64,000 nt of DNA from Azolla caroliniana (GCA_043228905.1 JBHGNT010000007.1:15252001-15316000), one strand, 5' to 3'. Shown: positions 11,901-24,302, counted from the stretch's first letter. Notes: generated by a model not told the origin, from the letters alone. Translations and numbers: made by a program.

Positions 11901-14594
11901 CCTACGAGGATATGAGAGGGCTCGATCCTCAGCTACATCAACATCAGATACATTTGAGCAGAGACGCCAAACCGGTAGCACATCGACGGTACCGGATGAA
12001 TCCAAACTACGCCGCTAAAGTCCAGGAGGAAATCAACAAGTTGCTGAGAGTTGGCTTTATCGGTCCCGTAAAGAAATCTACATGGCTGAGCCTGATAGTA
12101 GTCGTACCAAAGAAAAACGGCAAAATTAGAGTATGTGTCGACTACCGGAAGCTAATGCGGCGACAATAACTGATGCATTTCCACTTCCATTTACGGATGG
12201 AGTTTTGGACGCAATCGTCGGCCATGAGGTATACAGTTTATTAGACGGATTCAGCGGATACAACCAGATTCGGATGCACCCCGATGACCAGGAGAAAACG
12301 GCTTTCGTCACTGAATGGGGAGTGTTTGTTTCCGTAGTGATGGTGTTCGGACTAAAAACGACGCTGACAACGTTCCAAAGGATCATCATGGAAATATTCG
12401 GAGAATTCATACCGGCATTCATGCAGGTGTTCCTCGATGACTTCGTTGTTTACAGCTGGGAAGGAGACCACCTTCAACACCTTCGACTGTGTCTAGAAAA
12501 ATGTAGGGCTTACCGGCTAAGCTTGAATCCGGCGAAGTGTGTATTCGGCGGGTCCAGCAGAACGCTGCTGGGGCACATTGTGAGCAAGGAGGGCATCGCC
12601 GTGGATCCGGACAAAGTAAAAGCAATCCTGGAGGCACCAGTGCCAACAACGGCAAATGCATTGAGCCGTTTCTTAGGCCAAATCCGTTGGCATAGCCGAA
12701 TGTTCCGGTATTTGGTGGATCTAGCTACACCACTGCATGCTACGGTACACCGAACATCGTTCTAGTGGACTGACACCGAAGACAAGGCGTACTGGGCACT
12801 CCAAGTTCTATTGTCGCAAGCGCCGGTAGTGCAACCCCTGGATTGGGCGAAGGAATTTCATGTGTTCGTGGATGCGTCCGACATTGCAATCGGGAGTGCG
12901 CTGATGCAACTTACGGAGCCAAGATGGTATCGGCCCGTATATTACGCAAGCCGGAAGTTATTTCAAGCCGAACGAAATTATTCCACCACGGAAAGGGAAG
13001 CTTTAGGCATGATCTACAACGTAACAAAATTCAGGCATTATTTATTGGGAAGAAAGTTTTCCTTCCATGTAGATCATTCGACACTCCTCTACCTAGTGTC
13101 CAAAGCTTCACTTACCGGTAAGTTGGCCTGGTGGACTTTGCTATTACAGGAATTTGAATTTGAGATATTCCACAGGCCCGACATACAGCACGCAGTAGCA
13201 GATTATTTTAGCCGGCTAGATTCCGACGAAACCGGCGACGGAGTATCAGATGAGTTTCCGGATGCCGAGCTATTTTGAGTCACCACGGAAATGGCAACAG
13301 ATGAAACGGTGGCACCAGAAGATAAGTGGCTAACAAATATGCACCAATTTCTGAGCACCGGATTGCCTCCAAAGGAGATAAACCGGGACGAGAGGAAATG
13401 CCTGGTGGTACAAAGCCGACACTTTTGTTTATTACGGGAAACGCTATACCACAAAGGTGCGGACGGTATATGGCGACGAGCAGTGCGCAACGACGAGAAA
13501 GAGGTAATACTACGGGAAGCACATTGCGGAGTCGTCGGAGGCCATTATGCCAGGGATGCTACAGCAAGGAAGATATGGCAAAGTGGCCTATGGTGGCCGA
13601 CTACATTGAAAGACGTAGTCCGGTACGCGAAAGAGTGTGATCTATGCCAGCGAATGGGCCAGCCAACGAAACAAGCTAGGATGCCGCACCAGCCAGTACT
13701 ACCGCTAGAACCATTTTAGAAATGGGGACTGGATTTTGTCGGACCTTTTAAACCACCGGCAATGAAAACTGGCAACCGGTATGTGATCGTCGCGACGGAC
13801 TACTGCAATAAATGGGAAGCCAAAGCCCTATGAGACAACATTGCGGCGTCAACGGCAAAATTCTTATACGAATACATTTGGTGCCGGTACGGATGCCCCA
13901 TAGAGCTGATAAGTGACCAAGGAGGGCACTTTCTTGGACAGGTAGTGGAGAGCTTGATGTCATTCTATGCGGTAGTACATAAACGGAGCACCCCATACTA
14001 CCCACAACCCAACGGATTAGCTGAGTCAACAAACAAAACGCTACAGAATATCCTACGCAAGATCGTCAATGAGAATCGGACAGATTGGGACACGAAGCTG
14101 CACAGTGCGCTTTGGGCTTACCGGACAGTGAACAAAACAAGAACAATGCCGTTCCGGTTAGCATTCAGATTAGAGGCAGTCATGCCGGTCGAATTCTAGG
14201 TACCGAGCTTACAGGTCCAGATTCGGGAACGACTTAATGAAAAGGAATCGGGGGCAATTCGGTTAAAGGCTTTGTGTGAACTAGAAGAACACCGACTGAC
14301 GAGCATCATGCACCTGGAATTGGAACAACGGAGACGGAAAGCGTTTGTAGATCGGCACCGGAAGGGAAACGAAAAGATGTTCGAAATCGGCAAGCCGGTA
14401 CTAGTGTTCTAGACCCGGATGGGTAAAATGCTAGGCAAACTACGGTTTAGATGGACCGGACCGTACTGGATCACACACGAGTTCAATGGATCCTACCAGT
14501 TAGGGACACTTGCCGGCGAGGTGCGGGGTAAATGGGTCAACGGTTTTAGACTAAAGCCATACAGAGGACTGATGCCCAAGAACCCATTTGAATG
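8991..14594 (+). pseudogene. C gag-pol (gag, zinc knuckles, protease, RT, RNase H, integrase), disrupted
   Basis: CYYCRQEGHYSNQC; IIDGGS protease; KKNGKIRVCVDYRKL, LDGFSGYNQI, FLDDF (RT); FVDASD...NYSTTEREAL (RH); H-x6-H...[17 protein letters not shown] (INT). Many stops and frameshifts. Confidence 0.92.
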
Positions 14595-15889
14595 AAAGGC
14601 CGACACCGAATCGGACGCCGGCAAGCCAACCAAGACGGCAACCTATGAGGAAAACGGCTACCACCAAGCCGGTAAGGAGGAGCACGAGCCGGCAACCGGG
14701 GAGACCAAAACGATGACAAACCGTCAAGAGACCGGCAAGGTGCGCGTTTCGGGTAAGGGTCCGACAGGACCGGAGAAGAATTAACCACACAATTAATTTC
14801 AAAAAAAAAAAAAATAAAAAAAAAAAAATTCGAATGAAAGGAATCATGCAAAGGAGTGGTGGAAACGGCCATGCAAACGAGGAGTAAAGAGGCACTTTGA
14901 AAAGGTACGAGGAGGCTATGAATAGGGCATTAAAACACCGCCACATGGCACGTAATGCTATTATAGTACACGACCTGCACACGAGTAGGCTCAAAAAAGG
15001 CGCCAAGATGCAGAGAGAAAAACCCCCACGCATAGAGACCTTCTTCTTTCGCGAACCAAGGAGAACAGACGCAGACAGACGCGTTGTTGTGAAGAAAACC
15101 GTCCATAAGCGGAATCGGCGCACGAAGGCGTGGGAACCGGTTCTTCACGCGTGCACGCTCCAAGTTGTACATAGAAGCGAATTAGGAGGATAATCGGCAG
15201 GAACGGGCCCTAACACAAGTGGAGACAAAGACCGCGCGAACAGTCTTTTCGGTCGCGCGCGCGAGTTAAGGAACTGTACGAGTCGGCGGCGTAACTACGC
15301 GGATGCGCGAAGAACGGAGCGGATCCCTGTCCAAAAGGGACAGGGAATAAAGCTGACATGACGGCCTACTCGTCGGCCTATATAAGGAGCAGGAAAGAGC
15401 TGTTGCAGGGATCTCGCGCAGAGAGGACGAAGTGCTGTCGGACCGTTTCTGGACGCTTCTCTCTCTGTTTCCTTCTTGAGCTCCATAGCTTTCTGTGCAG
15501 GGTTCCGAGGAGGCTCGCGCTGTTTCGAGGAACGCCCGAGTGCTTCCGGCAGCACCTCCGACCTGCTACCCCTTTGTGCGTCGAAGCGAACAGGCATCGG
15601 CATCTATTCGCCGGCCTGTTCGGGTGTAACCAACTTGTGCCCCATCGAGGGTTGTAGTCGTGTTAGCCATTTTTGTTAATATACATATTTAGTCATCCGC
15701 ATCTGTCTGTGTCGGCGTCTGTTCGCGTTCTCCGTGCTGAAGGGCAGTGTCCCTGTGTATCCTCGGTCCTGCGTAGCCGGTTCTCTCTCTTTCTCCTCCC
15801 TCGCTTGCTCTTTGGTTCGAGACCCCCGCGGTCCCGCCTCGATTCCACACGCACTTGCGTAATATCCCGACATCTTTGGTGAACCCGAC

Positions 15890-18043
15890 GTGAAGGAGGC
15901 GGCAGAAGAGCAGAAGATGATGGGGTCAGATCTTGCAGAGGCCATGGCTTCGGCCGTGGATCGGATTGTAAACGCGCGCGAGGGCACCGGTGCCCTCGAC
16001 AGAGCTATTGAGGCGGTCGTCGGCACGATCGGCCGGTTCGATGGGAAGGATGCCACGAAGTATTTGGCGTCCTACGGTGCAGAGATGCTGATGCGGGACA
16101 TTCCGGAAGAAAGGCGTCTTGCCGGATTTCCCCGAGTGGCGATGCCGAGCATCCATGCGGAGGTGCTCGAGGTGCGGGCGGAGAGCCGTACCTGGAAGGA
16201 GTTCGAAGGTCGGCTCCTAGAGAAATACGGGCTGGACGACGCGCTCCGGCTTTCGAAGCGAAGGTTCATGGAATGGGTCGAGTCCCCGGGGAAGGGAAGA
16301 AACGCGTCGGCACTCCTCCGGGAGTTCGAGGAAAACTTTGCGCGCCTTTCGGCGCTCGACCGAACCATCCTGGACACGAGCCGGGTCTTGCTGTTTGTCA
16401 AGTCGGTCGACGAGCGGGATCGGGAGCAAGTGGGCCTCTTGCTGGAAATCGAAGACGGGCTCACTACCGATTGGGCGGCTGTCAAGAAAGTCTGTGGCCG
16501 TTTCGACAAACGGCGAGAATGGGCGGATAACGGGGCAACCGGGTCGGGCTCGGTCGCAGCAAGGAAGCTCGAACCAGCGCCACAGGGCCGAAAGGAAGAG
16601 ACCCGAGAGTGGTTGGAAACCGGTTCGGCTTCGACCGGCGTAGTTAGAGGCTCAACCGGAGGAGCGGCGCTGGAGGAATTGACGAGGGCGATAAAGGACC
16701 TCCAAATCGCGCAAGCCCGAAGGGAAGGTGGCGAACCGGCTCGTGACCGACGGCCGGCGGCAGGAAACAGGTGCATGTGGTGCGATGAAGTCGGCCACAT
16801 TCGGAAGGACTGCGGCGACTTCGCGGAGGCGCTGAGGAACAGGGTGGTGTACCTGTGGGAAGGACGGGTGCATGCCAGCGACACCCGAAGGGCCCTGAGC
16901 TGAAACGACGGGCGAGGTGGTATGAAAAGGTTGATGGAAGAGGCGGCGGCCCGACACGCGGAAACCGTCCACTACTCGGCGTCGGCCGGCATTCAAGTGG
17001 GGGGCGGCGAGGCCCGAAGGGAAAGCAAAGCCGGATTCTGGCCGACGATGCTGGAAGGCCTTGCCGGTGCAAGGCTTAAAAGGGAGGAATCGGACCGTGC
17101 GGAGAAACGGGTGCGGGAGATGACCGGGTGGAGCGACCCGGTCGAGGAAAAGACGGGCTTCGTGGAAGCCGCTTGCCAAAACTACGAGGCTCTGGTAGAA
17201 GAGAAGCGGGTGGGGAAACCCGGGACGACCGGGCCCTCACAACGATACGAGACCCGGTCCGGGCCACGACGGGAAGAAGCCGGCGGGGCCGGTATGCAAG
17301 ATAAACCCCAGAAGGGCGGGTACCGTCTGGGGACGGAGATAGAAAGGACCACGGACTTACGAAAGGTCCTGGAGGAACGGATCCTCGACAGCAAGGTGGA
17401 GCTGTCGTTACGAGAGGTGCTGGGAATCGCCAAGAAGGAGTTCCACGACTCCATCGTGGACTTGGTGAAACGGAAGAGGCTGTCAACGGAGACAGAACCG
17501 GAAAGACCGGTGGAAGTGCGGACGACGCACCTAGACGACATGGCGCTGGGAGACGAGTGGGCGGAAAGCCACTATTCGAGACCACACTGGGCCCGAGCGA
17601 CCACGGAAACCCCGGTGAAGATCGGCGATGTCCAGGAACCGGTGATAGCTTTGGTGGACCACGGATCGGAGATCAATTTGATGTCCATGGACTTCTATAA
17701 GAAGGGCAAATGGCCGATCAACACCAAGCACGGGTGGAAAATAAGGGCAGCAACGCGCGCCACCGAGGAACTGCACGGGGCCTGTCCGAATGTGCGAGTC
17801 AAGATCGGCGACGTCGAGATTGATCAGTACTTCTTCGTGCAGGAGACGTCTTCGCATCCGGTCATACTGGGAGAGCCGTACATCACGGCGGCGCGAATGG
17901 AGACCAAGGTGCTGGACAATGGTTCGGCCTACGCGAGGGTCAAAAGCCAAGACGGGCGCCATTCGGTCCAGTTTCTGACGGTACGGCCGAACCACGAACG
18001 TAACCGCGACTCGCTTGGTTCCGAAAACCGAGAGGATTTTTAG
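15890..18043 (+). pseudogene. B gag + aspartic protease (one in-frame TGA at 16901-16903)
   Basis: GRFDGKDATKYL, zinc knuckle CMWCDEVGHIRKDC, protease ALVDHGSEINLM...VILGEPY. ORFs 15890 and 16922 are in the same frame. Confidence 0.88.
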
Positions 18044-18308
18044 AGAGGACTGCCAAGGCGTGGGGCCGCGACAGTCCGGATGCTCCGGGAAAACCCCACA
18101 TCTGTACGATAAAACCGTGTACAATAGGTAGGAAATTTTGCTTCTCCGACAGCGGAGCATGTACGATGGTCGGCATTGCCGGCCGAGAGAAAACAAAGAC
18201 GGAGGGGAGACTTCGAGTGTGCGGAGTTCTCGGCCCTGACGAAGAAATCAACGGAGCCGTGGAGGCGGTCTCCTTCGACGACACCTTGGGAATGCTGGGG
18301 AAGGTAGT

Positions 18309-21300
18309 CGAAGAAGACCTTAACGAAGACCGGACGATACCGGTATGTTCCGAAGAGATATACGAAGTCATCGGATCGGACGGCCCGAGTAAGCACCAAG
18401 TACAAGACTGTGGACCGGAAGGTGAGGCCAGTTGCGGCGCCCTTACCGGAGGGCAGCGAATCCCGAATCAAAGGGGTTGCATCGGACCCCAGCTTACGAG
18501 ATCCGGCCTGCATAGGACACACCTTCACCGACGAGACGCTCCGCGAGCTGAAGATCGGTGGGGGCGGGTTCCTACTGCCGGTGGAGGAAGACCGGTTTCG
18601 GAGAATGCTCGGAAGGCACGGGAAAGCCTTCGCATTCTCACCGGAGGAAATCGGGTGCGTAGACCCGACGATCGTAGAGGCAATGGTGATATTCACGGTA
18701 CCGCATGTACCGTGGAATCTCAAGCCAATTCCGGTTCCGAGAGCTCACATCCCGAAGTTGATGGAGCTGTTGAAGCAGAAAGTTGATATGGGCATTCTCG
18801 AGCCGTCGAGCGCCCCGTATTCAAACCGATGGTTTACCGTACCAAAGAAAAACGGATCTTTGCGCTTCATTCAGGACCTGCAGCCGGTCAATAGAGTGAC
18901 CATTCGGAACGCAGGGATCGGACCGACCATAGACGAGTTCGCGGAGGCCTTCGCCGGAAGGTCGATTTACTCGGTCGGAGATCTATACTCAGGGTACGAC
19001 CAGTTCCAGCTAGCCGTGGAGAGCAGAGACATTACGACGATGCGAACTCCCCTCGGCCTAGTGCGGATGTGTACGCTGCCGCAAGGAGGGACCAACTCGG
19101 TGGCCCACATGGTGAATGCAATGAACAAGGTGCTGAGGGACTGCATCCCGGACATCACCATGCCGTTTCTAGACGACATCCCGATCAAGGGATGCCCGGT
19201 AGAAGAGAAGGACGAGACGATCGGGCCGGACGGATGCCGGCGATTCGTGATGACGCACATCGACGACTGCGAGAAGGTGCTGCAAAGGCTAGAGGATGCG
19301 AGGCTCACCTTCTCGGGGGAGAAATCAGCCTTCGGGCAGTCGGAAATCATGGTGGTCGGACACTTATGTGAGCCATATGGCCGGAAACCGTCTCCGGCAA
19401 AGGTAGAAGCCATCTCCGCGATGAAGCCCGACTGCAGCTCGGTCACGGAAGTACGGAGATTCCTGGGGGCATGCGCATTCTACCACATATGGATCCCGCA
19501 TTACGCGCACGTCGCGGAGCCGCTGTACGGATTATTGAAGAAAGGGCGAAGATTCGAATGGCTAGACAAGCACACGGAGTCGGTCCGGAAGCTGAAGGAG
19601 GCTCTTTCGGCAGCACCGGCGCTCCGAAAGGCCGTCTACAGGAAGGGCACCCCAGTGTACATAACGGTTGACACGAGTCCGACCGGAATCGGGTGGGTCG
19701 TCAACCAAGAAGACGAGGACGGCAATCGGTTTCCGATCCGATTCGGCGCGAAGGTCCTCAGTGAGCGGCAGCGAGGATACGCCCAGGTTAAACGCGAACT
19801 CTGGGGTATCGTTTCGGCGGTGAAGGCCGACAAGGACTATCTGATCGGGACAGAGGTAATCATAGAGACGGATTGCATGCCGATTCTCGGCATGGTTTCC
19901 GGATGCGCGACGCCGGACCTGGCAATGCTCAGGTGGATAGCGTACATCAAGTCCCTGGACCCGGAAATACGACACATTTCCGGGAAAGACAACGCCATGG
20001 CCGACATGCTTTCAAGGGCGAGATTCGATGACGAAGGCGGCATGGTTTCGGAGGACGAAGAGGTCGGCGTGGACTTCTTCGAGACTGCGTATGTGACAAC
20101 CGACGGAACAAGCACTCCGGCGCTTAACGACTTCGATGCGAGCAAGTACGACGGGGAGTGGCTGCAGATCGGTGGGTTTTTGAAGACAATGATGCCCGAT
20201 GCGTCATGGACGAAGGACGAGGCCAACCGGATCCGGAAGAAAGCGTACCGGTTCTTTCTCCGGGATGGATACTTGTGGAAGCACCCGAAGAAGAGGAACG
20301 GCGTCCCGCTCCGGGTGGTGGCAATGAAGGAAGATTAGGAGGAGCTGCTAGCGGCCTACCACGACAGCCCTTGGGCTGGACACCGTGGAACATGGGCTAC
20401 GTTTGAGAAACTGAAGGGGAAGTATTGGTGGCCGGGGCAGTACCGGGACGTGCATCGGTTCGTGACAACTTGCGAGAGCTGTCAGATGCACTCCATAGTC
20501 CGACATCGAGACGAGCTTCACCCTACGTACCCTCCGGCCATCCATTTCAAATGGATGGTAGATCTGGTAACGATGCCGATGGGAGTAGGACAGATGCGGT
20601 ATCTGGTCCTAGCGCGGGAGGATCTGACGAACCAGGTGGAAGGCCGGGCCCTTCCGAACAAAACGACCGCGGCCGTATGTCGGTTCCTAATCGAGGACGT
20701 GATATGCCGGTACGGGTGCGTCGGGAAGATCGTGGCTGACCAAGGGGAGTTGGACGCCGAAGAAGCCGCGGAGCTGTTCGACCGGCTGGGAGTCAAGCTC
20801 TCGCTCACCACTGCGTACAATCCGGAGGCGAATGGAAAGGTGGAGCGCGGACACGGACCGATCGTCAAGGCGTTGGTTCGGGCATGCGGAGGCCGAGTCG
20901 GTAACTGGCCGCGGTTGCTACCTTATGCTTTGTGGGCAGACCGGACCACGCACAGTTCAGTAACCGGGTACATGTCGACGGAGCTCATGTTCGGCCAGAA
21001 GCCGATCATGCCGATGGAACGGACGATCTCCTCGCGGGCAACGGTCGACTGGAGGGACGAGATGAGCCGGGAGGAGTTGTTGGCCGCGCGTATACGACAG
21101 CTCGAGCGGAGACCGGAGGACGTGGAACTGGCTGCAGAGAAGCTCCGAGTGGCGAGGACAAAGAACAAAGCCAGGTTCGACCAAACGCACCGGCTCCGAC
21201 CGAAGAAAATCGAAGAAGGTGACTGGGTGCTCGTCTACGACAGCAGCCTCGACAACCAGCACCGAGCTACACGGAAGTTCGCACGAAGGTGGTTCGGGCC

Positions 21301-21424
21301 TTACGTGGTACGGAGCGCCAATGACAACGGGACATATCACCTGGCGGAACTCGAGGGCACGAGAATGGCGATACCGGTTGCAGGGAAGCGGATCAAAGCG
21401 TTCAAGAAGCGACACGACGATTAG
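18309..21424 (+). pseudogene. B pol (RT, RNase H, integrase; in-frame TAG ending 20338; no chromodomain)
   Basis: KYKTVDRKVRPV, KKNGSLRFIQDLQPVN, DLYSGYDQF, LPQGGTNS, FLDDI; TVDTS/KRELWGI (RH); H...H...CESCQ, NGKVERGH, WFGPY (INT). Confidence 0.92.
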
Positions 21425-23303
21425 CCAGACCCGGCTCTCCTAGTCGGCAGTGACGAACGATCCGAAAACGAGGAAGAACCGACGGGCGAGGAATGAAGAC
21501 GGGCCGGTTTTCTCCGTCCCAACTCTCTTGGCGCATACCGGAGGATGCGCGGTTAGGTGGGGGCGGATGTCGTGAAGAAAACCATCCATAAGCGGAATCG
21601 GCGCACCAAGGCGTGGGAACCGGTTCTTCACGCGCGCATGCTCCAAGTTGTACATAGAAGCGAATTAGGAGGATAATCGGCAGGAACGGGCCCTAACACA
21701 AGTGGAGACAAAGACCGCGCGAACAGTCTTTTCGGTCGCGCGCGCGAGTTAAGGAACTGTACGAGTCGGCGGCGTAACTACGCGGATGCGCGAAGAACGG
21801 AGCGGATCCCTGTCCAAAAGGGACAGGGAATAAAGCTGACATGACGGCCTGCTCGTCGGCGTATATAAGGAGCAGGAAAGAGCTGTTGCAGGGATCTCGC
21901 GCAGAGAGGACGAAGTGCTGTCGGACCGTTTCTGGACGCTTCTCTCTCTGTTTCCTTCCTTCTTGAGCTCCATAGCTTTCTGTGCAGGGTTCCGAGGAGG
22001 CTCGCGCTGTTTCGAGGAACGCCCGAGTGCTTCCGGCAGCACCTCCGACCTGCTACCCCTTTGTGCGTCGAAGCGAACAGGCATCGGCATCTATTCGCCG
22101 GCCTGTTCGGGTGTAACCAACTTGTGCCCCATCGAGGGTTGTAGTCGTGTTAGCCATTTTTGTTAATATACATATTTAGTCATCCGCATTTGTCTGTGTC
22201 GGCGTCTGTTCGCGTTCTCCGTGCTGAAGGGCCGTGTCCCTGTGTATCCTAGGTCCTGCGTAGCCGGTTCTCTCTCTTTCTCCTCCCTCGCTTGCTCTTT
22301 GGTTCGAGACCCCCGCGGTCCCGCCTCGATTCCACACGCACTTGCGTAATATCCCGACAGCGTGAAGATCAATCGAAGAGAGCTCGCGCACAGAGAAACC
22401 CCTCACTAAGAACTTTCTCTCTCACACTGTCACCACCGTCAAACCTCGCCAACGCTCTTTGACCTCCACACCGAGATGGATTGCCAAACATTGTCTGAAG
22501 CCGCCAAGAAATGGCTACGGCAACATGGACTGGAGGGTTTCTTGACGATCATGGAGGCGGTGCCACACAAGGAGGCCGAAACGATTATCAAAGAAATTGA
22601 TACAGAGTTGATCACGGAGGAGGCGATCTGTGTGTTAACAGGCCTTCCGGAGGGGGGCATCTACACGATCGACAATCCTACCTCCGAGCAGCTCATCAAA
22701 TATTTCGGTGAGTATTCTCTCGCCAGAAAGGGCTACAGGACACATGGCGGCGAAGATATATTATTCTGCGAAATTGCTCGTGTACTCCATGAGTTCGGCC
22801 ACGTATACCCTCGACCCCCCGTTATGCCTCAGAATTGAGCAGGCTTGATTATCGCAACATACGAAGGGGTGAAGGTGGATTGGCTGGTGCTGATCGCCGA
22901 TGGATTGTGCGCAGCCATTGATACGTAAGAGGTAAGGAAGGCAAAGAAGGCCGGAAAATATGGCATGCGGTGACGCAATGGCTCACCCTATTGGCGCCAC
23001 CTGTCGAGCCCGTCCAGACCAAGAAACGGGGAAGAGTACCCAACAGCACCCCGAGACCTGCTTCAAAATGGCAACAGCTGTTGGCCTCCAAGGCCACTAA
23101 GGGGAAGACGGCCGACGCAGAGAAGGCGGCAAAGGAGCGCGCCAGCCGGAAGCGGGCGACGGACACGCCGGCACGACCACTGAAGAGTCCACTCCACCGA
23201 CCGATGCAACGAGAAATGGACACCCTGGCGGCAAGAATGAATGCCGAGACTCAGGAGGAGGAAACAGAGGAAGAGCCTACGGAGCACCTCGAACGACGAC
23301 CGG

Positions 23304-24056
23304 TGTCGTGCCTTTCGGCTCCGGATCGTTGCGTGAGTCGGGTGGGAACCGCCGAGGTTTTGGACTAGGAGAAAGAAAAATATGAGATGAGGCTAGTAAT
23401 GAATAGATTATTAGAAAGAGAGATAGAAATTTCGTGAATCCCACGAGTGTATTGTATTCGATTAATCAATATTTAGATAAGAATATGTATTTAGATTGAA
23501 AGAAAGATATAAGAAACTTGTGAATTCCACAAGTATAATTATATTATTTTCGTGAATCCCACGATTATATTAATTGGTTGGTGTTTTCGGAAATATATCC
23601 AATTTCCAAATATTTCACACACAATTACATTGTGCTCCCCATCCTTATGTAGTGATGAGGAAGTCTTAGTAATCCATGCTTTTTCTCTAACTATAGACCC
23701 CATGCTTTTCCTATAGATAGACTATATGCTTTATCTAAAGTGATCATGCTTTTTCTAACTTGTGCGTTTTTTATCATGCACGCTAGATGTGTATGTGTAG
23801 CTTTTTCTTTTGTTATGCGTTTTTCTAATGTTTATCCTAGCGTGAATTTACCTTTCTATGTGGGACATCTATGCTTTAACACTAATGAAATGCTAGTGTA
23901 ATGGTAAGACATTACATTATTAACATGGAGGTGCAAGGTTCGAATCTTGCCCTATGCATGTTTCATTTATTTTGCTATTTTCTTCTATTTCTTCATTTTT
24001 TATTGAATCTAATACTATATACGTTTTTCACGTAGTGTACAAAATACACTACGACA
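23304..24056. mobile_element. Solo LTR D (AT-rich, 753 bp)
   Basis: TGTCGT...ACGACA termini, 4-bp TSD CCGG, interrupts the C extra ORF; internal repeats TTCGTGAATCCCACGA and CATGCTTTT; tRNA-like segment 23894-23950. Confidence 0.85.
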
Positions 24057-24242
24057 CCGGTGAAGAGGACTGCAGAATCAACTGGGAAGCGTTCGGACCC
24101 ACAGAAGGATGGTGTCATGATATGACAAGACTCGAACCCTTGACCTTATGCTACACGGGTCGAGCTCTTACCATTAAACTATGAATTGTAATTTGTAGGA
24201 TATTATTTTCATTTATGCTTTATCATAGAAAATTGATGTATA

Positions 24243-24302
24243 TTCCAGATCTCTCTGGAACATTCTAGAAGCTTCAGGATTATTCCTAAAAACACTATAA
24301 AA
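24243..24302 (+). promoter_or_regulatory. Heat-shock-element array + TATA in E 5' LTR
   Basis: gGAAcaTTCtaGAAgcTTCa (24257-24276; four perfect alternating units) within a longer 5-bp-phased array; TATAAAA at 24296. Confidence 0.8.

Larger units (their letters stand above)
15085..22359 (+). mobile_element. Full-length GC-rich Ty3/Gypsy element B
   Basis: LTRs 15085-15872 and 21568-22359, nearly identical; 4-bp TSD GCGT; PBS TGGTGAACCCGACGTGAA 15877-15894 (matches recalled 3' 18 nt of plant tRNA-Trp); PPT AGGTGGGGGCGGA 21555-21567. Confidence 0.96.

Noticed and set aside
15814-15824. Perfect B box GGTTCGAGACC in U5 of family B LTRs
   Set aside because: No matching A box at tRNA spacing; a single 11-mer in GC-rich DNA may be chance.
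16072-16884. Long antisense and alternative-frame ORFs over B, C and the B LTRs
   Set aside because: Expected shadows of GC-rich coding DNA; no domain motifs.
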